A stretch of DNA of 64,000 nt from Candidatus Heimdallarchaeota archaeon (GTDB lineage Archaea; Asgardarchaeota; Heimdallarchaeia; JABLTI01). The translations under genes were made by a program, and so were the position numbers. Positions 1-11,115 of the stretch are shown piece by piece; position 1 is the stretch's first letter, and every line of letters starts with the position of its first letter. Where the stretch lies: NCBI GenBank assembly GCA_019058165.1, contig JAHLVZ010000002.1, forward strand, positions 16,048-80,047, read 5' to 3'. The notes beneath the pieces are model-generated. The model made no database searches. It was not told the origin of the DNA and saw nothing but the letters and a program-made list of their open reading frames with translations.

Positions 1-244
1 CAGAAATGCGTCCAAAGGTAGATTGAAATGTTTGTTGAATGAGATTTCTTAAAGAAGTAATTAAAGCGAGTGCTGTTGTGGATGATTCGAGAAAAACTGC
101 ATACAAACCTAAGAAAGTTCTCGCAACAAATATAGCTGCGCTTGAGATACCAGCTAAAGAAAATAATCTTAATTTATAACTATTAGATTGTCTTTTCTCA
201 TCTATTGATTCTTGAGAGTCTATCTCTGCTGTATCTTCTTGCAT
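1..244 (-). CDS. MFS-type transporter, N-terminal fragment (runs off the window)
   Basis: Hand translation of the minus strand from ATG at 244-242 gives MQEDTAEIDSQES...LALITSLRNLIQQTFQSTFGRIS. This parallels WLRAITNLLGNFVQPIFGFLSD in the MFS protein at 59329-61032. The frame is open to the window edge. Confidence 0.45.
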   Translation of the reverse strand, partial: MQEDTAEIDSQESIDEKRQSNSYKLRLFSLAGISSAAIFVARTFLGLYAVFLESSTTALALITSLRNLIQQTFQSTFGRIS

Positions 245-358
245 ATCCTTCACAAATTTATAACACATATCCAATGACAGCTAACTATTTAAATTAAACT
301 TTACAGAATCTATAGAAAGCTTTGCTTATTACCAGAAGAATCTTAAAAAATTAGTTCA

Positions 359-697
359 TCAGTAATCCAATTTTCTTAGGGCATCTCTTGCAGGAATCAG
401 GATTTCGAAAAGTGTTTTCATCCCTTTTATAGTAATTTTATATCTCTTAATGATTGTCTCTTGAGTTTCAAATTGCTTCTTGTTTTCCTCAATTACTTGA
501 ATGAAACCTCTTTCTTCCATTTCACTTAGAATTTCTGTGAGTTTATGATAATCACTAACTGCAGAACTCCGTATGGCATAAAATGAAAGTCCAAGTTTTT
601 GATCATCGGATGACCCATCCTCACATTGAGCTAGTTTGGAGAGAATGGCTATCCACTTATCTAAATCGTCGCTTCTACGCTTCAATCTATTTATCAA
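359..697 (-). CDS. small winged-helix-like DNA-binding protein (hypothetical)
   Basis: 112-aa ORF. Its size and helical pattern (HKLTEILSEMEERGFIQV) resemble PadR/MarR-like wHTH proteins. No strong motif. Confidence 0.4.
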   Translation of the reverse strand: MINRLKRRSDDLDKWIAILSKLAQCEDGSSDDQKLGLSFYAIRSSAVSDYHKLTEILSEMEERGFIQVIEENKKQFETQETIIKRYKITIKGMKTLFEILIPARDALRKLDY

Positions 698-750
698 CTC
701 ACATAATTTTAAGACTGATTTTTACCTGGTAAGATTTCTTCATTATCTGT

Positions 751-1413
751 CTATTTTTGATCTTCTTTCATCAATCGATCAAAATTATCAAGGACTTTTT
801 CCATTGCTCTTTCATAACTCGAGGATATAGCTCGTAAACGCATGTACTTTTGAAGAGAAGTGAATACAATGTAACTAATCATGTAACCTAAAGCCAAGTA
901 AAGTGTAATACTAATAACCATGGAGGGAACATTTGTCAAGTAGTATTCAATGAATAAATCACTTGAAGACCGATATTTACTAAGAATCCATACAAACCTC
1001 AAGAAACTAAATAATCCAGAGATCAAAACTACGACAATCAAGTAAACAAACAAATCTCTCAAAACTTTCATGGAACTTGAAATCTCAGTTTGAAATGTTC
1101 GGAAATTTAAACTGCTATCTTGATCGAGTATCTGCTCTTCTTCTAATTGTAAACTGATTTTCTCTGTTCTTGTTAAATACCAAATAATTAACACGTATGC
1201 AATTAAACCAAGGCATATCGTTAAAGAGCTTGAGAGAATGACTTTTTGTGCAAGCTCTAAATTAGGTGTATAAGTAGTGATTACGTTTGAGATGTATCGT
1301 TCTTGGATTCCTGAATATAGGAAATCAATTGCTAGTATGACTCCCGCTAGTATTATGGATCCTACTGATAATGCAATAATGAAAATTATCTTATCTTTCT
1401 TCTCGGGTTTCAT
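751..1413 (-). CDS. integral membrane protein, unknown function
   Basis: 220-aa ORF with several long hydrophobic segments (IIFIIALSVGSIILAGVILAI, ICLGLIAYVLIIWYL, YLIVVVLISGLFSFL). Confidence 0.5.
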   Translation of the reverse strand: MKPEKKDKIIFIIALSVGSIILAGVILAIDFLYSGIQERYISNVITTYTPNLELAQKVILSSSLTICLGLIAYVLIIWYLTRTEKISLQLEEEQILDQDSSLNFRTFQTEISSSMKVLRDLFVYLIVVVLISGLFSFLRFVWILSKYRSSSDLFIEYYLTNVPSMVISITLYLALGYMISYIVFTSLQKYMRLRAISSSYERAMEKVLDNFDRLMKEDQK

Positions 1414-1463
1414 GGCAATAGCTATGATTCTCTTATATAAAAAATATTAGAAGAATTTGCTAC

Positions 1464-2591
1464 CTAATCCTCTTGCTTTAGTTCTGAAATGTCTTCTAGT
1501 AATGATAATTCTCTCAAAGAAGTCTTAGCAATTACCGTTCTATGATAGGTAGGGTATTCATAGGTTATGCTGATATCATCGATTTCGAATCTCTCAAATA
1601 GAACATCTCTAAGAACATCAGCAATATACCAACTTGTTTCAATTAATTTATCCTCTCTGAGGAAAATCATATCTTGTTCTATTTCATATTCCTCTAACAT
1701 CATTTCCATGAATTCTTCTGGAATGAAATAATCTGGTAATGCGAAGACTGCTTTAACAATCATACCATCTTGAATTTCTTCATAGGGTTTTCGTACAATC
1801 TCTGCTGTTCTAATTAGTCTGTTTCTAAATTGCACGGCATCCTTAGTTAAAGCACTACAATAGTGCAGGGTAAAATCAACATCAGATTCTTGAAGAATAT
1901 CAAGTGCTAATTCTTCACTTCCCTTTATTGCAGATGAATTTTCAGATTTAATTTCAAAACCCTTTTCTTTGAGTTTCTTAATATTTGCTTCAGTTGCTTC
2001 AAGTTCATTCATATTACAGAATTTGATAGTTCCAAGTTTATCCAGAGAATCAAGGAATTTGAGAATGTCTTTTTTAGTTCCAGGAATTATCGGTATTTCT
2101 GCCCCTACCAACCAATCGTACATTAAAGCTTTAGCAATTGCTTTTTCTTGCTCTTTATTCTGTGGATGAAAGCGTATTTCATCAAGTCCTGCATGGTAGA
2201 GTTTTGATAAGTTTTCCTCGTTAGCATATCTTCCTGATGTATAAAGATGGATGTGAAATTTCTTTCCAAACTCTTTTTTCATTTTTTTAATATAATCAAC
2301 AGTTAAATCAATACAATGGAGTGGGTCCCCACCTGTAACAGCTGCACCAAGAGCATTCATATTTGTGGCTTCAAGCATAAGACCAGAAAAACTTGAGATA
2401 GGACGTTCATTTGCTAATATTAGATCTTCTCCTCTTTTATTTCGAGCAAGCGAACAATAATAACAACTCTCATGGCATTTTCCATTAACAAAGAAGAAAA
2501 GCTCTGCTCCTTTCCGGCAGTTTTTACATCCAGGAGGTAGTTGTCCTTTAATATATGATCCTCCTTTTAATGCTCTAATCTTCTTTTTCAT
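1464..2591 (-). CDS. radical SAM protein
   Basis: CxxxCxxC cluster motif (CHESCYYC) near the N-terminus. A GGDPL glycine-rich SAM-binding-like stretch follows. Confidence 0.75.
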   Translation of the reverse strand: MKKKIRALKGGSYIKGQLPPGCKNCRKGAELFFFVNGKCHESCYYCSLARNKRGEDLILANERPISSFSGLMLEATNMNALGAAVTGGDPLHCIDLTVDYIKKMKKEFGKKFHIHLYTSGRYANEENLSKLYHAGLDEIRFHPQNKEQEKAIAKALMYDWLVGAEIPIIPGTKKDILKFLDSLDKLGTIKFCNMNELEATEANIKKLKEKGFEIKSENSSAIKGSEELALDILQESDVDFTLHYCSALTKDAVQFRNRLIRTAEIVRKPYEEIQDGMIVKAVFALPDYFIPEEFMEMMLEEYEIEQDMIFLREDKLIETSWYIADVLRDVLFERFEIDDISITYEYPTYHRTVIAKTSLRELSLLEDISELKQED

Positions 2592-2628
2592 TTCTTGTCA
2601 CCACAGATTATTTGAATTTTCTGTAAAA

Positions 2629-3348
2629 TTACAACTTTGCTCTTCTTCTAACTATAGGGTCTTTATCCTTTAAACCTTTAAAAACTTCATCAATATTCTC
2701 TTCCGGAGATAACTCTACATCTAGATAAACCCCTGTTCTACCAATCTTGTCTCGAGTAGTTAACACCCGAACTCTTTCTTTAACTAAATCAACACTAACA
2801 CCAATTTTCTTCGCAATAATAGATTCGTATCCAATAACTTGTGATTCTCTATGACCATCTTCCAATGGAGTGATAAGGATTAATCTTTTATCAACTCCCG
2901 GAACCCGTTTTCCTTCCAAGAGTTGTTTTAAATCCAAGCTACCTCCAAAATGAATAAAATCAAATTCACGCTCTCTGATTGAAGTTAAGGGAAATGTAAT
3001 ACATGTTTCTTCACTCGGATAGATGTGTGCTTTTACTAAGTGTTTAGGAGTTGCTTGTACAATTTTCTTTGCAAAAATCTGTAAGCCTTCTTGTTGGAGA
3101 GCCGTTTCGATTTTAAAAGATGAAATTTGGTATGGTACAAATAAATCTATATCACTAGTTTCTGAAACGTCTCCTCGAGTAATTGATCCATATATAATAG
3201 ATTGAATATTATGTTTAGCTAATTTTTCCATGATATTAATCGCTTTGTCCCTAATTTCCTTTAGTAATGACCAATGCTCAGAAGTATACACCACTTCAAT
3301 AGTATCAGCAATACCTTTCGTTTTAGTTCCAGAAGCTTTTCGTTTCAT
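2629..3348 (-). CDS. nucleotidyltransferase (Pol-beta superfamily) domain protein
   Basis: GS...DxD signature: GSITRGDVSETSDIDLFV. Confidence 0.65.
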   Translation of the reverse strand: MKRKASGTKTKGIADTIEVVYTSEHWSLLKEIRDKAINIMEKLAKHNIQSIIYGSITRGDVSETSDIDLFVPYQISSFKIETALQQEGLQIFAKKIVQATPKHLVKAHIYPSEETCITFPLTSIREREFDFIHFGGSLDLKQLLEGKRVPGVDKRLILITPLEDGHRESQVIGYESIIAKKIGVSVDLVKERVRVLTTRDKIGRTGVYLDVELSPEENIDEVFKGLKDKDPIVRRRAKL

Positions 3349-3501
3349 TATTCCACCAATAGTTGTTAACAGATATTATATTTTAATACTAATTTCTTTT
3401 TCCGAGAAAATTGAAGAAAGTTACCATAGGTTTTTTAAAATTCATCGATTTCATCACTCATATAAATAATTAAAATGATGATTTATAAAGAGGAATAAAC
3501 T

Positions 3502-4674
3502 ATGCACTGGGGATTTACCTTACTCATTATTGCAGTCATATGGTTCATAGTTTATTTGCTTGGACGCTATCTCAAAGTTGATGAGAGATTTGATTGGACG
3601 CTTGGCCCCTTATTTCTATTAATGCGTACAAAACGTTTCAATAAATTCATAACGAGAATAGCAAAAAAATATGCTCGGTTCTGGAGGGTATTTGGCAATA
3701 TTTCTATTTTCTTTGGCTTACTTATGATGCTAGCATCAATTGGATTATTGATCTTTAGTTTGACAAATTTTTTCATACCAATTATACCTGTTGAAGGACC
3801 TACTGTTGGGTTAATTATCCCTGGAGTAACGATCTCTTTCAAAACATTCCTTTATTTAATTATTCCAATAATCCTCACTATGATACCTCATGAACTCGCT
3901 CATGGTGTCGTTAGTCATGCAGATGGTGTTGAATTAAAATCGACAGGTTTAGTTTTCTTCGCTATATTTTTCGGTGCATTTGTTGAGCCGGATGAAGAGG
4001 ATTTGATTAAATCATCTTATAAGACTAGAATGAGGACATTTGCTGCTGGTATGTTCCCCAATTTGCTACTTGGCTTACTCACAATACCTGTCTTAATTTT
4101 TTCAGCAAATATTGTAGCTCCTTTTTATTATCCAGCTGATGGCGTCTTAATACATGAAGTTGTAAATGATACACCAGCTGATATTGAAGGATTAAAACGA
4201 GGAATTGCTATCTTTGATATTAATTCCACTCATATTGATACATATGAAACCTTTTCAAACTACATGAACAACACAAAGCCAAACCAATTAATAATCCTAA
4301 ATACAACTGAGGGAACGTTTAACGTTCATTTAGATTCACATCCGGATTTCAATCAATCGGGCTATCTAGGTGTACGAACAATCCCTTACCAAGAACCAAA
4401 ATTTCCTTGGGTATGGAAGTTCTTCCCCTACTTTTTTGATCAGACACTCATGTGGACATTAGTCGTTTCATTTGGATCAGTTCTGTTCAATGCCTTACCA
4501 ATACCTTTTGTTCTAGATGGTGATAAATTACTTTCATCCTTTTTGTTTCAATACATGAAAAATAAGAAACGAGCGCTAATCATACTGGATATCTTCAGAT
4601 TTCTTGCTCTAGCATTATTCTTAGCTGTATTAATCATCCCATTATTTAAGTATGGATTTGTTCCCTTTGGTTAA
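3502..4674 (+). CDS. site-2 protease family (M50) membrane metalloprotease
   Basis: HExxH (HELAHG) lies within a TM segment. The second S2P motif NALPIPFVLDGDKL is present. Multiple TM helices, with a PDZ-like insert. Confidence 0.75.
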   Translation: MHWGFTLLIIAVIWFIVYLLGRYLKVDERFDWTLGPLFLLMRTKRFNKFITRIAKKYARFWRVFGNISIFFGLLMMLASIGLLIFSLTNFFIPIIPVEGPTVGLIIPGVTISFKTFLYLIIPIILTMIPHELAHGVVSHADGVELKSTGLVFFAIFFGAFVEPDEEDLIKSSYKTRMRTFAAGMFPNLLLGLLTIPVLIFSANIVAPFYYPADGVLIHEVVNDTPADIEGLKRGIAIFDINSTHIDTYETFSNYMNNTKPNQLIILNTTEGTFNVHLDSHPDFNQSGYLGVRTIPYQEPKFPWVWKFFPYFFDQTLMWTLVVSFGSVLFNALPIPFVLDGDKLLSSFLFQYMKNKKRALIILDIFRFLALALFLAVLIIPLFKYGFVPFG

Positions 4675-4713
4675 ATAGAAGGATCCCAAAAAAGGTTTAG
4701 GAGACGAAGCTCG

Positions 4714-5715
4714 TTGACAAAGAATCTACCGGAATGCTATACCTGTAAGAAAAAACCTGCAGTAACATATAGGAGAATCGATGGTAGATATCTTTGTAAA
4801 GAATGTTTTTCCAAATGGGTTTCATCAATTGTTAGAAAAACCGTAAGTCAAAAAAAGATGTTTGAGAGAAATGATCGAATCATAGTAGGATTATCGGGAG
4901 GTAAAGATAGCACAGTTTTATTAGATATTTTGCATAAAATTGAACGAAAATATCCATCAGAACTCATCGCCGTTTGTATTGATGAAGGAATCGCAAACTA
5001 TAGAGAAGATGGACTACCAATTGCTGAAAAGGCTGCTAAGAAATTAGATGTGGAATTTCATCTGTTTTCTTTCAAAGAGTTAATCGGTTATTCTTTAGAT
5101 GAAATTGTTGAAAGATCTCGAGAGCTCCAGGAGAAGCTGCCCTCAAAAAGGAAAACAAAAATAATTAAGCATGGCCCATGTTCATTTTGTGGTGTTTTTC
5201 GAAGAAAAGCATTAAACATTGCTGCAAGAAAACTCAATGGGGATAAGGTTGCAACTGGTCATAATTTGAATGATGTAACACAAACTATTCTTCTTAATTT
5301 GCTTCGTGGAGATTCCAACAAATTACTTAGAGGAGATTTGCCACCAGAGAAAACACATGAACTTTTTGTCCCTCGAGTAAAACCGCTTCAAGCAGTAGCA
5401 GAACGGGATGTTGTTTTGTATGCTTTTTACAATAATCTTACTTATCACACAACAGAATGCCCATATGCAGTAGAAGCTATGCGTTTAGATGTTCGAAATT
5501 TTGCCATTGAAATTGAAGAAAAGTATCCTGGGACATTAAATTGTATAAAAAATAGTATGGATACTATTAGTCATAAATGGACAGGTTCATCAACTGAAAT
5601 CACAAACAAAGATGAAGCTAAAACATATTATCTTTGTGAAATTTGTTCTGAACCAGCTAGTAGCAAAGTATGCAAGGGTTGTCAAATGCTAGATACTTTG
5701 TTTAAGAAAAACTAG
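4714..5715 (+). CDS. tRNA 2-thiolation PP-loop ATPase (NcsA/Ncs6/TtuA family)
   Basis: PP-loop SGGKDS. CxxC zinc-finger pairs at both the N- and C-terminus (CYTCKK..CKEC, CEIC..CKGC). A CSFCGVFRR Fe-S/catalytic cysteine motif is present. Confidence 0.8.
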   Translation: MTKNLPECYTCKKKPAVTYRRIDGRYLCKECFSKWVSSIVRKTVSQKKMFERNDRIIVGLSGGKDSTVLLDILHKIERKYPSELIAVCIDEGIANYREDGLPIAEKAAKKLDVEFHLFSFKELIGYSLDEIVERSRELQEKLPSKRKTKIIKHGPCSFCGVFRRKALNIAARKLNGDKVATGHNLNDVTQTILLNLLRGDSNKLLRGDLPPEKTHELFVPRVKPLQAVAERDVVLYAFYNNLTYHTTECPYAVEAMRLDVRNFAIEIEEKYPGTLNCIKNSMDTISHKWTGSSTEITNKDEAKTYYLCEICSEPASSKVCKGCQMLDTLFKKN

Positions 5716-5730
5716 CTAAGTGTAAAAAAA

Positions 5731-8523
5731 TCATTTTGATACCATTTTTCTTAAAACTGTGTGTAGAATACCGCCGTTTCTATAATACTCTACCTCAACA
5801 TCAGAATCTAAACGAGCTAGTACTTTGAATTCCTTCTTGTTGCCATTGATGTCTGTTGTTGTAACTACAAGTTGCTTCCCAGGAGAAATATCATCGATTC
5901 CATTGATTCTAAATTGCTCTTTACCATTAAGCTTTAATGTCTCCATATTTTCTCCCTTAAGAAATTCAAGAGGTAATATACCTATTCCTACAAGATTGCT
6001 TCGGTGTATTCTTTCATAAGATTTGGCTATTACTGCTTTTACCCCAAGTAGTAATGTTCCTTTTGCTGCCCAGTCTCTAGAGCTTCCCGTTCCATATTCT
6101 TTACCAGCAATTACTATCAACGGTATATTCGCTTCTTTGTATTTCATTGCTGCATCGTAAATACTCATAATTTCATTTGTTGGGATAAAATTCGTCCATC
6201 CACCTTCTTTTTCTGGGGCTAACTTATTCCTCAAACGAATATTGCCAAATGTACCTCGTAGCATTACTTCGTGATTCCCTCTTCTTGAACCAAAGGAATT
6301 GAAATCTAGAGCTTTAATGCCTTTTTCTATCAAGTAAGTGCCTGCAGGATCTTTAGCTGGTATTGCACCTGCTGGCGAAATATGATCAGTTGTAATGGAA
6401 TCACCTAATAAAACCAATACTCGAGCATCTTTGATATTCCTTATTTTAGGTGATTGTATTGGAAAATCTTTGAAGAAAGGTGGTTCTTGAATATATGTTG
6501 AATTCATATCCCAATTGTAGCTTTTTCCTTTTGGAATGGAAAGATTCATCCACAAATCTGTTCCTTCAAAAATCTCTGAATATTGTTTCTTAAATAATTC
6601 ACTACTAACAAATTCAGAAATAATTTCTTTAATTTCTTCTTTATTTGGCCAAATGTCTTTCAGAAAAACTGGCTTTCCTTTTTTATCATTCCCAATAGGA
6701 TCTTTTGTTAAATTAATGTCTATAGTGCCAGCTAATGCATATGCAACAACTAGCATTGGTGAAGCAAGATAATTAGCTTTAGTATATGGATTTATTCTAC
6801 CTTCAAAATTTCGATTTCCACTGAGAACAGCAGCTACGACTAGGTCTTCATCTTGTATTATCTTCACTATTTTCTTATCTAAAGGACCACTATTACCTAT
6901 ACAAGTTGTACAACCATAACCAACTATGTGAAATCCTAAGTTCTCTAAAAATGTTAGCAAATTAGCTTTCTCAAGATATCCAGAAACTACTCGAGATCCA
7001 GGAGCTAAACTCGTTTTTACAAATGGTTTTACAGTTAATCCTTTTTCAACGGCTTTTTTAGCAAGTAAGCCTGCTCCAATCAGTACAGATGGATTTGAAG
7101 TATTAGTACATGAGGTGATTGCAGCAATTACAACAGATCCATTTTTAATTTTATTGTCAACCATTTTACTTTTACTGATATTTGCTTTTCTTTCATGCCA
7201 TTGCTGATATTTGGAATCCGTCTCTAAGAAACTGTCTGATTCCGAACTACCTCCTTCATCTTTCCATCTTTCATGCTCATCTTCGTGAGAGATTGCATGA
7301 ATTGTTGTCTCTTTACCAAACACTTCTGAAAGCGCTAAATCAAATGCTTCTTCCATTTGATTCATTGGAATTCTATCTTGAGGTCTTTTCGGTCCTGCTA
7401 GACTTGGTTCGATGGTGAGAAGATCTAATTCCAGAACATCGGTATACTGTGGTTCTTCTTTTTCTTGTTCGTAGAATATGCCTTGACGTTGCGAGTAATT
7501 CTTTACCAACTCAACGTGTTCTTTTTTCCGACCTGATAAAAGCAAGTATTTGATGGTTTGTTCATCGATTGGGAAAAATCCCATGGTAGCTCCGTATTCG
7601 GGTGACATATTAGATATCGTAGCTCTATCAGGCAAACTGAGATTACATAAACCTGAACCAAAAAACTCTACAAATTTGCCAACTACCCCGTATTCTCGTA
7701 GCATTTGAGTTACTCTTAGCACAAGATCAGTTGCTGTAACACCTTCTTTCAATTCTCCAACTAACCTTACACCTATTACATCGGGGATTGGCATATAGTA
7801 AGGTTGTCCGAGCATAACAGCTTCTGCTTCAATGCCACCAACACCCCATCCTAAAACTCCTAATCCATTAATCATAGTTGTATGGGAATCAGTACCAACA
7901 AGAGAATCAGGAAAAGCAATTAATTCCCCATTAATTTCTTTAATTTGTATTACCGACGCCAAATATTCTAGATTAATTTGATGAACAATCCCTCTGCCTG
8001 GAGGAACAACTTTGAAATTATCAAAAGCATTTTGAGCCCAACGTAAAAGCATGTATCGTTCCTTATTTCGTTCAAATTCTATTTCTTCATTTTTCAGTCT
8101 GGCATCTAGAGTTCCATAATAATCAACTTGTACAGAATGATCAATTACAAGATCCACTGGAACTAAAGGATTTATACTCGCTGGATTTCCCCCTAACCTC
8201 TTGTAAGATGAACGCATTGCTGCTAGATCAACAACGGCTGGTACTCCTGTAAAATCTTGTAAAATAACTCTAGCAGGGATAAAAGGAATATCTTCTTTTC
8301 TTTTATTCTTAGGATCCCAATTAGCCAAACTCTCAATATGCTCTTTTATTATTATATTATTATCAAAATTTCGTAATATTGCTTCTAGAAGGATTTTAAT
8401 GGAGAATGGTAAACGAGAAATGTTTTCCAAACAAATCTTATTGAGTTTATTTATGTTATAAAATGTGATTCTTTTTTCATCGAATTGTAATTCATCAGTA
8501 ACATCTAATTGTTTTTTACTCAT
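5731..8523 (-). CDS. acnA: aconitate hydratase
   Basis: 930 aa with aconitase signatures GTDSHTTM, CTNTSNP and GKEYGTGSSRDWAAKG. Confidence 0.95.
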   Translation of the reverse strand: MSKKQLDVTDELQFDEKRITFYNINKLNKICLENISRLPFSIKILLEAILRNFDNNIIIKEHIESLANWDPKNKRKEDIPFIPARVILQDFTGVPAVVDLAAMRSSYKRLGGNPASINPLVPVDLVIDHSVQVDYYGTLDARLKNEEIEFERNKERYMLLRWAQNAFDNFKVVPPGRGIVHQINLEYLASVIQIKEINGELIAFPDSLVGTDSHTTMINGLGVLGWGVGGIEAEAVMLGQPYYMPIPDVIGVRLVGELKEGVTATDLVLRVTQMLREYGVVGKFVEFFGSGLCNLSLPDRATISNMSPEYGATMGFFPIDEQTIKYLLLSGRKKEHVELVKNYSQRQGIFYEQEKEEPQYTDVLELDLLTIEPSLAGPKRPQDRIPMNQMEEAFDLALSEVFGKETTIHAISHEDEHERWKDEGGSSESDSFLETDSKYQQWHERKANISKSKMVDNKIKNGSVVIAAITSCTNTSNPSVLIGAGLLAKKAVEKGLTVKPFVKTSLAPGSRVVSGYLEKANLLTFLENLGFHIVGYGCTTCIGNSGPLDKKIVKIIQDEDLVVAAVLSGNRNFEGRINPYTKANYLASPMLVVAYALAGTIDINLTKDPIGNDKKGKPVFLKDIWPNKEEIKEIISEFVSSELFKKQYSEIFEGTDLWMNLSIPKGKSYNWDMNSTYIQEPPFFKDFPIQSPKIRNIKDARVLVLLGDSITTDHISPAGAIPAKDPAGTYLIEKGIKALDFNSFGSRRGNHEVMLRGTFGNIRLRNKLAPEKEGGWTNFIPTNEIMSIYDAAMKYKEANIPLIVIAGKEYGTGSSRDWAAKGTLLLGVKAVIAKSYERIHRSNLVGIGILPLEFLKGENMETLKLNGKEQFRINGIDDISPGKQLVVTTTDINGNKKEFKVLARLDSDVEVEYYRNGGILHTVLRKMVSK

Positions 8524-8547
8524 TCTCCATACACATTTGTATTTTTT

Positions 8548-9666
8548 TTATTCAGGCGTATGATGGTCCCCAATATATTTGGCTCTTGGTCTTATTAGTC
8601 GATTATCTTTATATTGTTCCAAAGCATGAGCTAACCATCCAGTTATCCGTCCCAAAGCAAATATTGCAGTCGCTAGTTTAGGTGGAATATCAAGATATTT
8701 GTAAATAACTCCTGAATAAAAGTCTACATTCATGTAGATTGTTTTTCCTTGTTTTTCTACAAGCTCTCTAGTAACTACCTCTTCAATTTTGGTTGCCATT
8801 TCATACCATTTCATGTCTTTCTTCTCTTCTGCGAGTTTTTTCGCTAAATCCCTGAAAATGTCTGCTCTTGGATCAACAACTTTGTAAACTCTATGACCAA
8901 AACCCATTATTCTTTGCTTGTTTTTTATCAAATTCATAACGTACTTTTCGGTCTTTTTCGGATCGCCTATTTCATCCAACATATTCATAACCGCTAAACG
9001 GGCGCCACCATGAAGAACACCTTTCAGTGTACCTATTCCAGAGATAATAGCTGAATGAATATCTGATAAAGTTGAAGCAGTTACTCTAACTGCAAAAGTG
9101 GAAGCATTCAATTCGTGCTCAGCACTTAAAATGAAATCTACATTTAGAATTTTAGCTTCTAGTACTGTTGGTATTTCTCCTCTGAGCATGTATAAAAAGT
9201 TTGAACTATGAGGTAATAGTTCATTTGGTTTAATTATTTCTTTATCTTCATGTATTCTTTGAAAATACGCAACAGCTGTTGGAGCTTTAGCAATTAATCT
9301 AATAGCTTTGCTAATATTTTCTTCATGAGAATTGCTATTTAGATCAGGATCACTATGAGACAAATGAGAGATTGCTGTCATTAATGCATCCATAGCTTCA
9401 ATATTGAAATTATAAAAATGAATAACTTCCTTAGTATGAACATCCAATTCTCTTCTCTCTTTTAGCATATTAGAAAATTGATCATGTTCTCTTATGGTAG
9501 GAAGTTTACCATGAAGTAATAGATGAATTATTGAAACGAAAGATAATTTTGCTAATTGTTCAATTCTATATCCTCGATATTCTAAAATACCCTTTACACC
9601 ATCAATATAAGAGATCTCAGTTTCAAGTGCGATTATGCCTTCTAAACCTTTCTTGAAGTCTTTCAT
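8548..9666 (-). CDS. gltA: citrate synthase
   Basis: LHGGA and GFGHRVYK motifs. Lies 24 nt upstream of the aconitase gene on the same strand. Confidence 0.9.
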   Translation of the reverse strand: MKDFKKGLEGIIALETEISYIDGVKGILEYRGYRIEQLAKLSFVSIIHLLLHGKLPTIREHDQFSNMLKERRELDVHTKEVIHFYNFNIEAMDALMTAISHLSHSDPDLNSNSHEENISKAIRLIAKAPTAVAYFQRIHEDKEIIKPNELLPHSSNFLYMLRGEIPTVLEAKILNVDFILSAEHELNASTFAVRVTASTLSDIHSAIISGIGTLKGVLHGGARLAVMNMLDEIGDPKKTEKYVMNLIKNKQRIMGFGHRVYKVVDPRADIFRDLAKKLAEEKKDMKWYEMATKIEEVVTRELVEKQGKTIYMNVDFYSGVIYKYLDIPPKLATAIFALGRITGWLAHALEQYKDNRLIRPRAKYIGDHHTPE

Positions 9667-9776
9667 TTTTACACCTAGTAATATTTATTCATCATTTTAA
9701 TGATAAATAAAAATATTGATTATTAAATGTTCTTTTAGAAAAATTTTATCAATTTGAATGAATTTTCACTTAAATT

Positions 9777-10817
9777 TCAGTAAAGAATATCAATACAAAT
9801 ATCTTTTACAGTTTCACAACCAGTCATTTTCATTGCTTTTTGAAGTGTAGATTGGATATGTTTCATTAAACGAGTAACACCTGCAGCTCCTCCACCTACT
9901 GCTGCTCTTATTACATCTCTACCCATAAGAACTCCATCAGCACCTAATGCCATGACTTTTAAAACATCATAACCTGTTCTAATTCCACCATCCAAAAGTA
10001 TAGTTGTTTTTCCTTTGACAACTTGGACAATATCCGGCAACACATCAGCAGTCCCTGGAGTGTGATCTAATACTCGTCCTCCATGATTTGAAACAACAAT
10101 AGCTTTTGCTCCAGCTCTAACTGCTGATTCAGCATCTTCAATATTCATTATACCTTTAACAATAAATGGAAGATTAGTCGAGGAGATTAGTTCTTTCAGA
10201 TCATTAACTGTTTTACGGAAGGCAGGTTTCTCATGTTTTGCCATTATTACAGATCCACAACCATCAACATCCACTCCAACTGCAATTGCTTTGATTTTTT
10301 CAGCTTTCTTAATAAATTGTTTAATGGTTTCCTGCTCTCTAGGTTTGATTATTTTTATTCCCCAGCCATCAGCTTCCTCGATTGCATCCAAACCATAAGT
10401 ATTCTCCAAAGAATAAGTGTAGGTATCTCCTCTGAAACCAATCGTTCCAGCATCTTTACAACCAAGAACAATAGCTCTACATAATTCCTTTTCAGTAATC
10501 ACTTCTTCTCCACCAAAGCTATTAACTCCAGTGACACTTGCTCCCATAATTGGAAATAATATCTTCTTCCCGAGAAAAGTAGTTTCTGTGTTTGGTTCGA
10601 GGTGAGGGTCAATTGTTTTCATTTTTAATTTTATTTTTGTTAACGCTTTCACATTGTTAGTAAAACTAGCTCCAGAACCAACTCCTCCTAAACCTAATTT
10701 CCTACCGTAACTTTGTCCTTGGCATAAACGTGATGGATCCCCATCGCAAATTCTGTAAACCCCACAAATTCCTTTTAATTTCACTTTTGCTTTTTTACGA
10801 TCTTCTTCGACAGACAA
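9777..10817 (-). CDS. FMN-dependent alpha-hydroxy-acid dehydrogenase/oxidase family protein
   Basis: SNHGGR motif and a TIM-barrel-like pattern, with GGIRTG near the C-terminus. Confidence 0.75.
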   Translation of the reverse strand: MSVEEDRKKAKVKLKGICGVYRICDGDPSRLCQGQSYGRKLGLGGVGSGASFTNNVKALTKIKLKMKTIDPHLEPNTETTFLGKKILFPIMGASVTGVNSFGGEEVITEKELCRAIVLGCKDAGTIGFRGDTYTYSLENTYGLDAIEEADGWGIKIIKPREQETIKQFIKKAEKIKAIAVGVDVDGCGSVIMAKHEKPAFRKTVNDLKELISSTNLPFIVKGIMNIEDAESAVRAGAKAIVVSNHGGRVLDHTPGTADVLPDIVQVVKGKTTILLDGGIRTGYDVLKVMALGADGVLMGRDVIRAAVGGGAAGVTRLMKHIQSTLQKAMKMTGCETVKDICIDILY

Positions 10818-11115
10818 TATCTCACCAGCATGAACTGAATTAACTTGAGAAGCTTCAATGCTTATTAGGATAAAATACTCGATTCATTAATTAAATCGTT
10901 TGCTTAAATTTCTTGACTTGTACAAAATTAGTCCCATAAGAATTTATTAGTGCTTTTGTATACAAATAATATTTTCTGCGATTACTTGGTAAATCAATCA
11001 TTAATGATCAAGTAGAGAAACGAGTAATGAATGGATTCTTTGTAATTTTCATTATATTTCAATCACCCAAGTTCTGTTATTTAGTATTTTTTAAAGGAAA
11101 ACAAAGAGGGAGATA

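Noticed and set aside
10954-10970. 17-mer ttttgtatacaaataat is shared with 23180-23196, just after the tnpB stop. It could be an IS end or a solo right end.
   Set aside because: In 64 kb of highly AT-rich sequence, a single AT-rich and partly palindromic 17-mer match is within chance expectation. The flanks do not extend the similarity.
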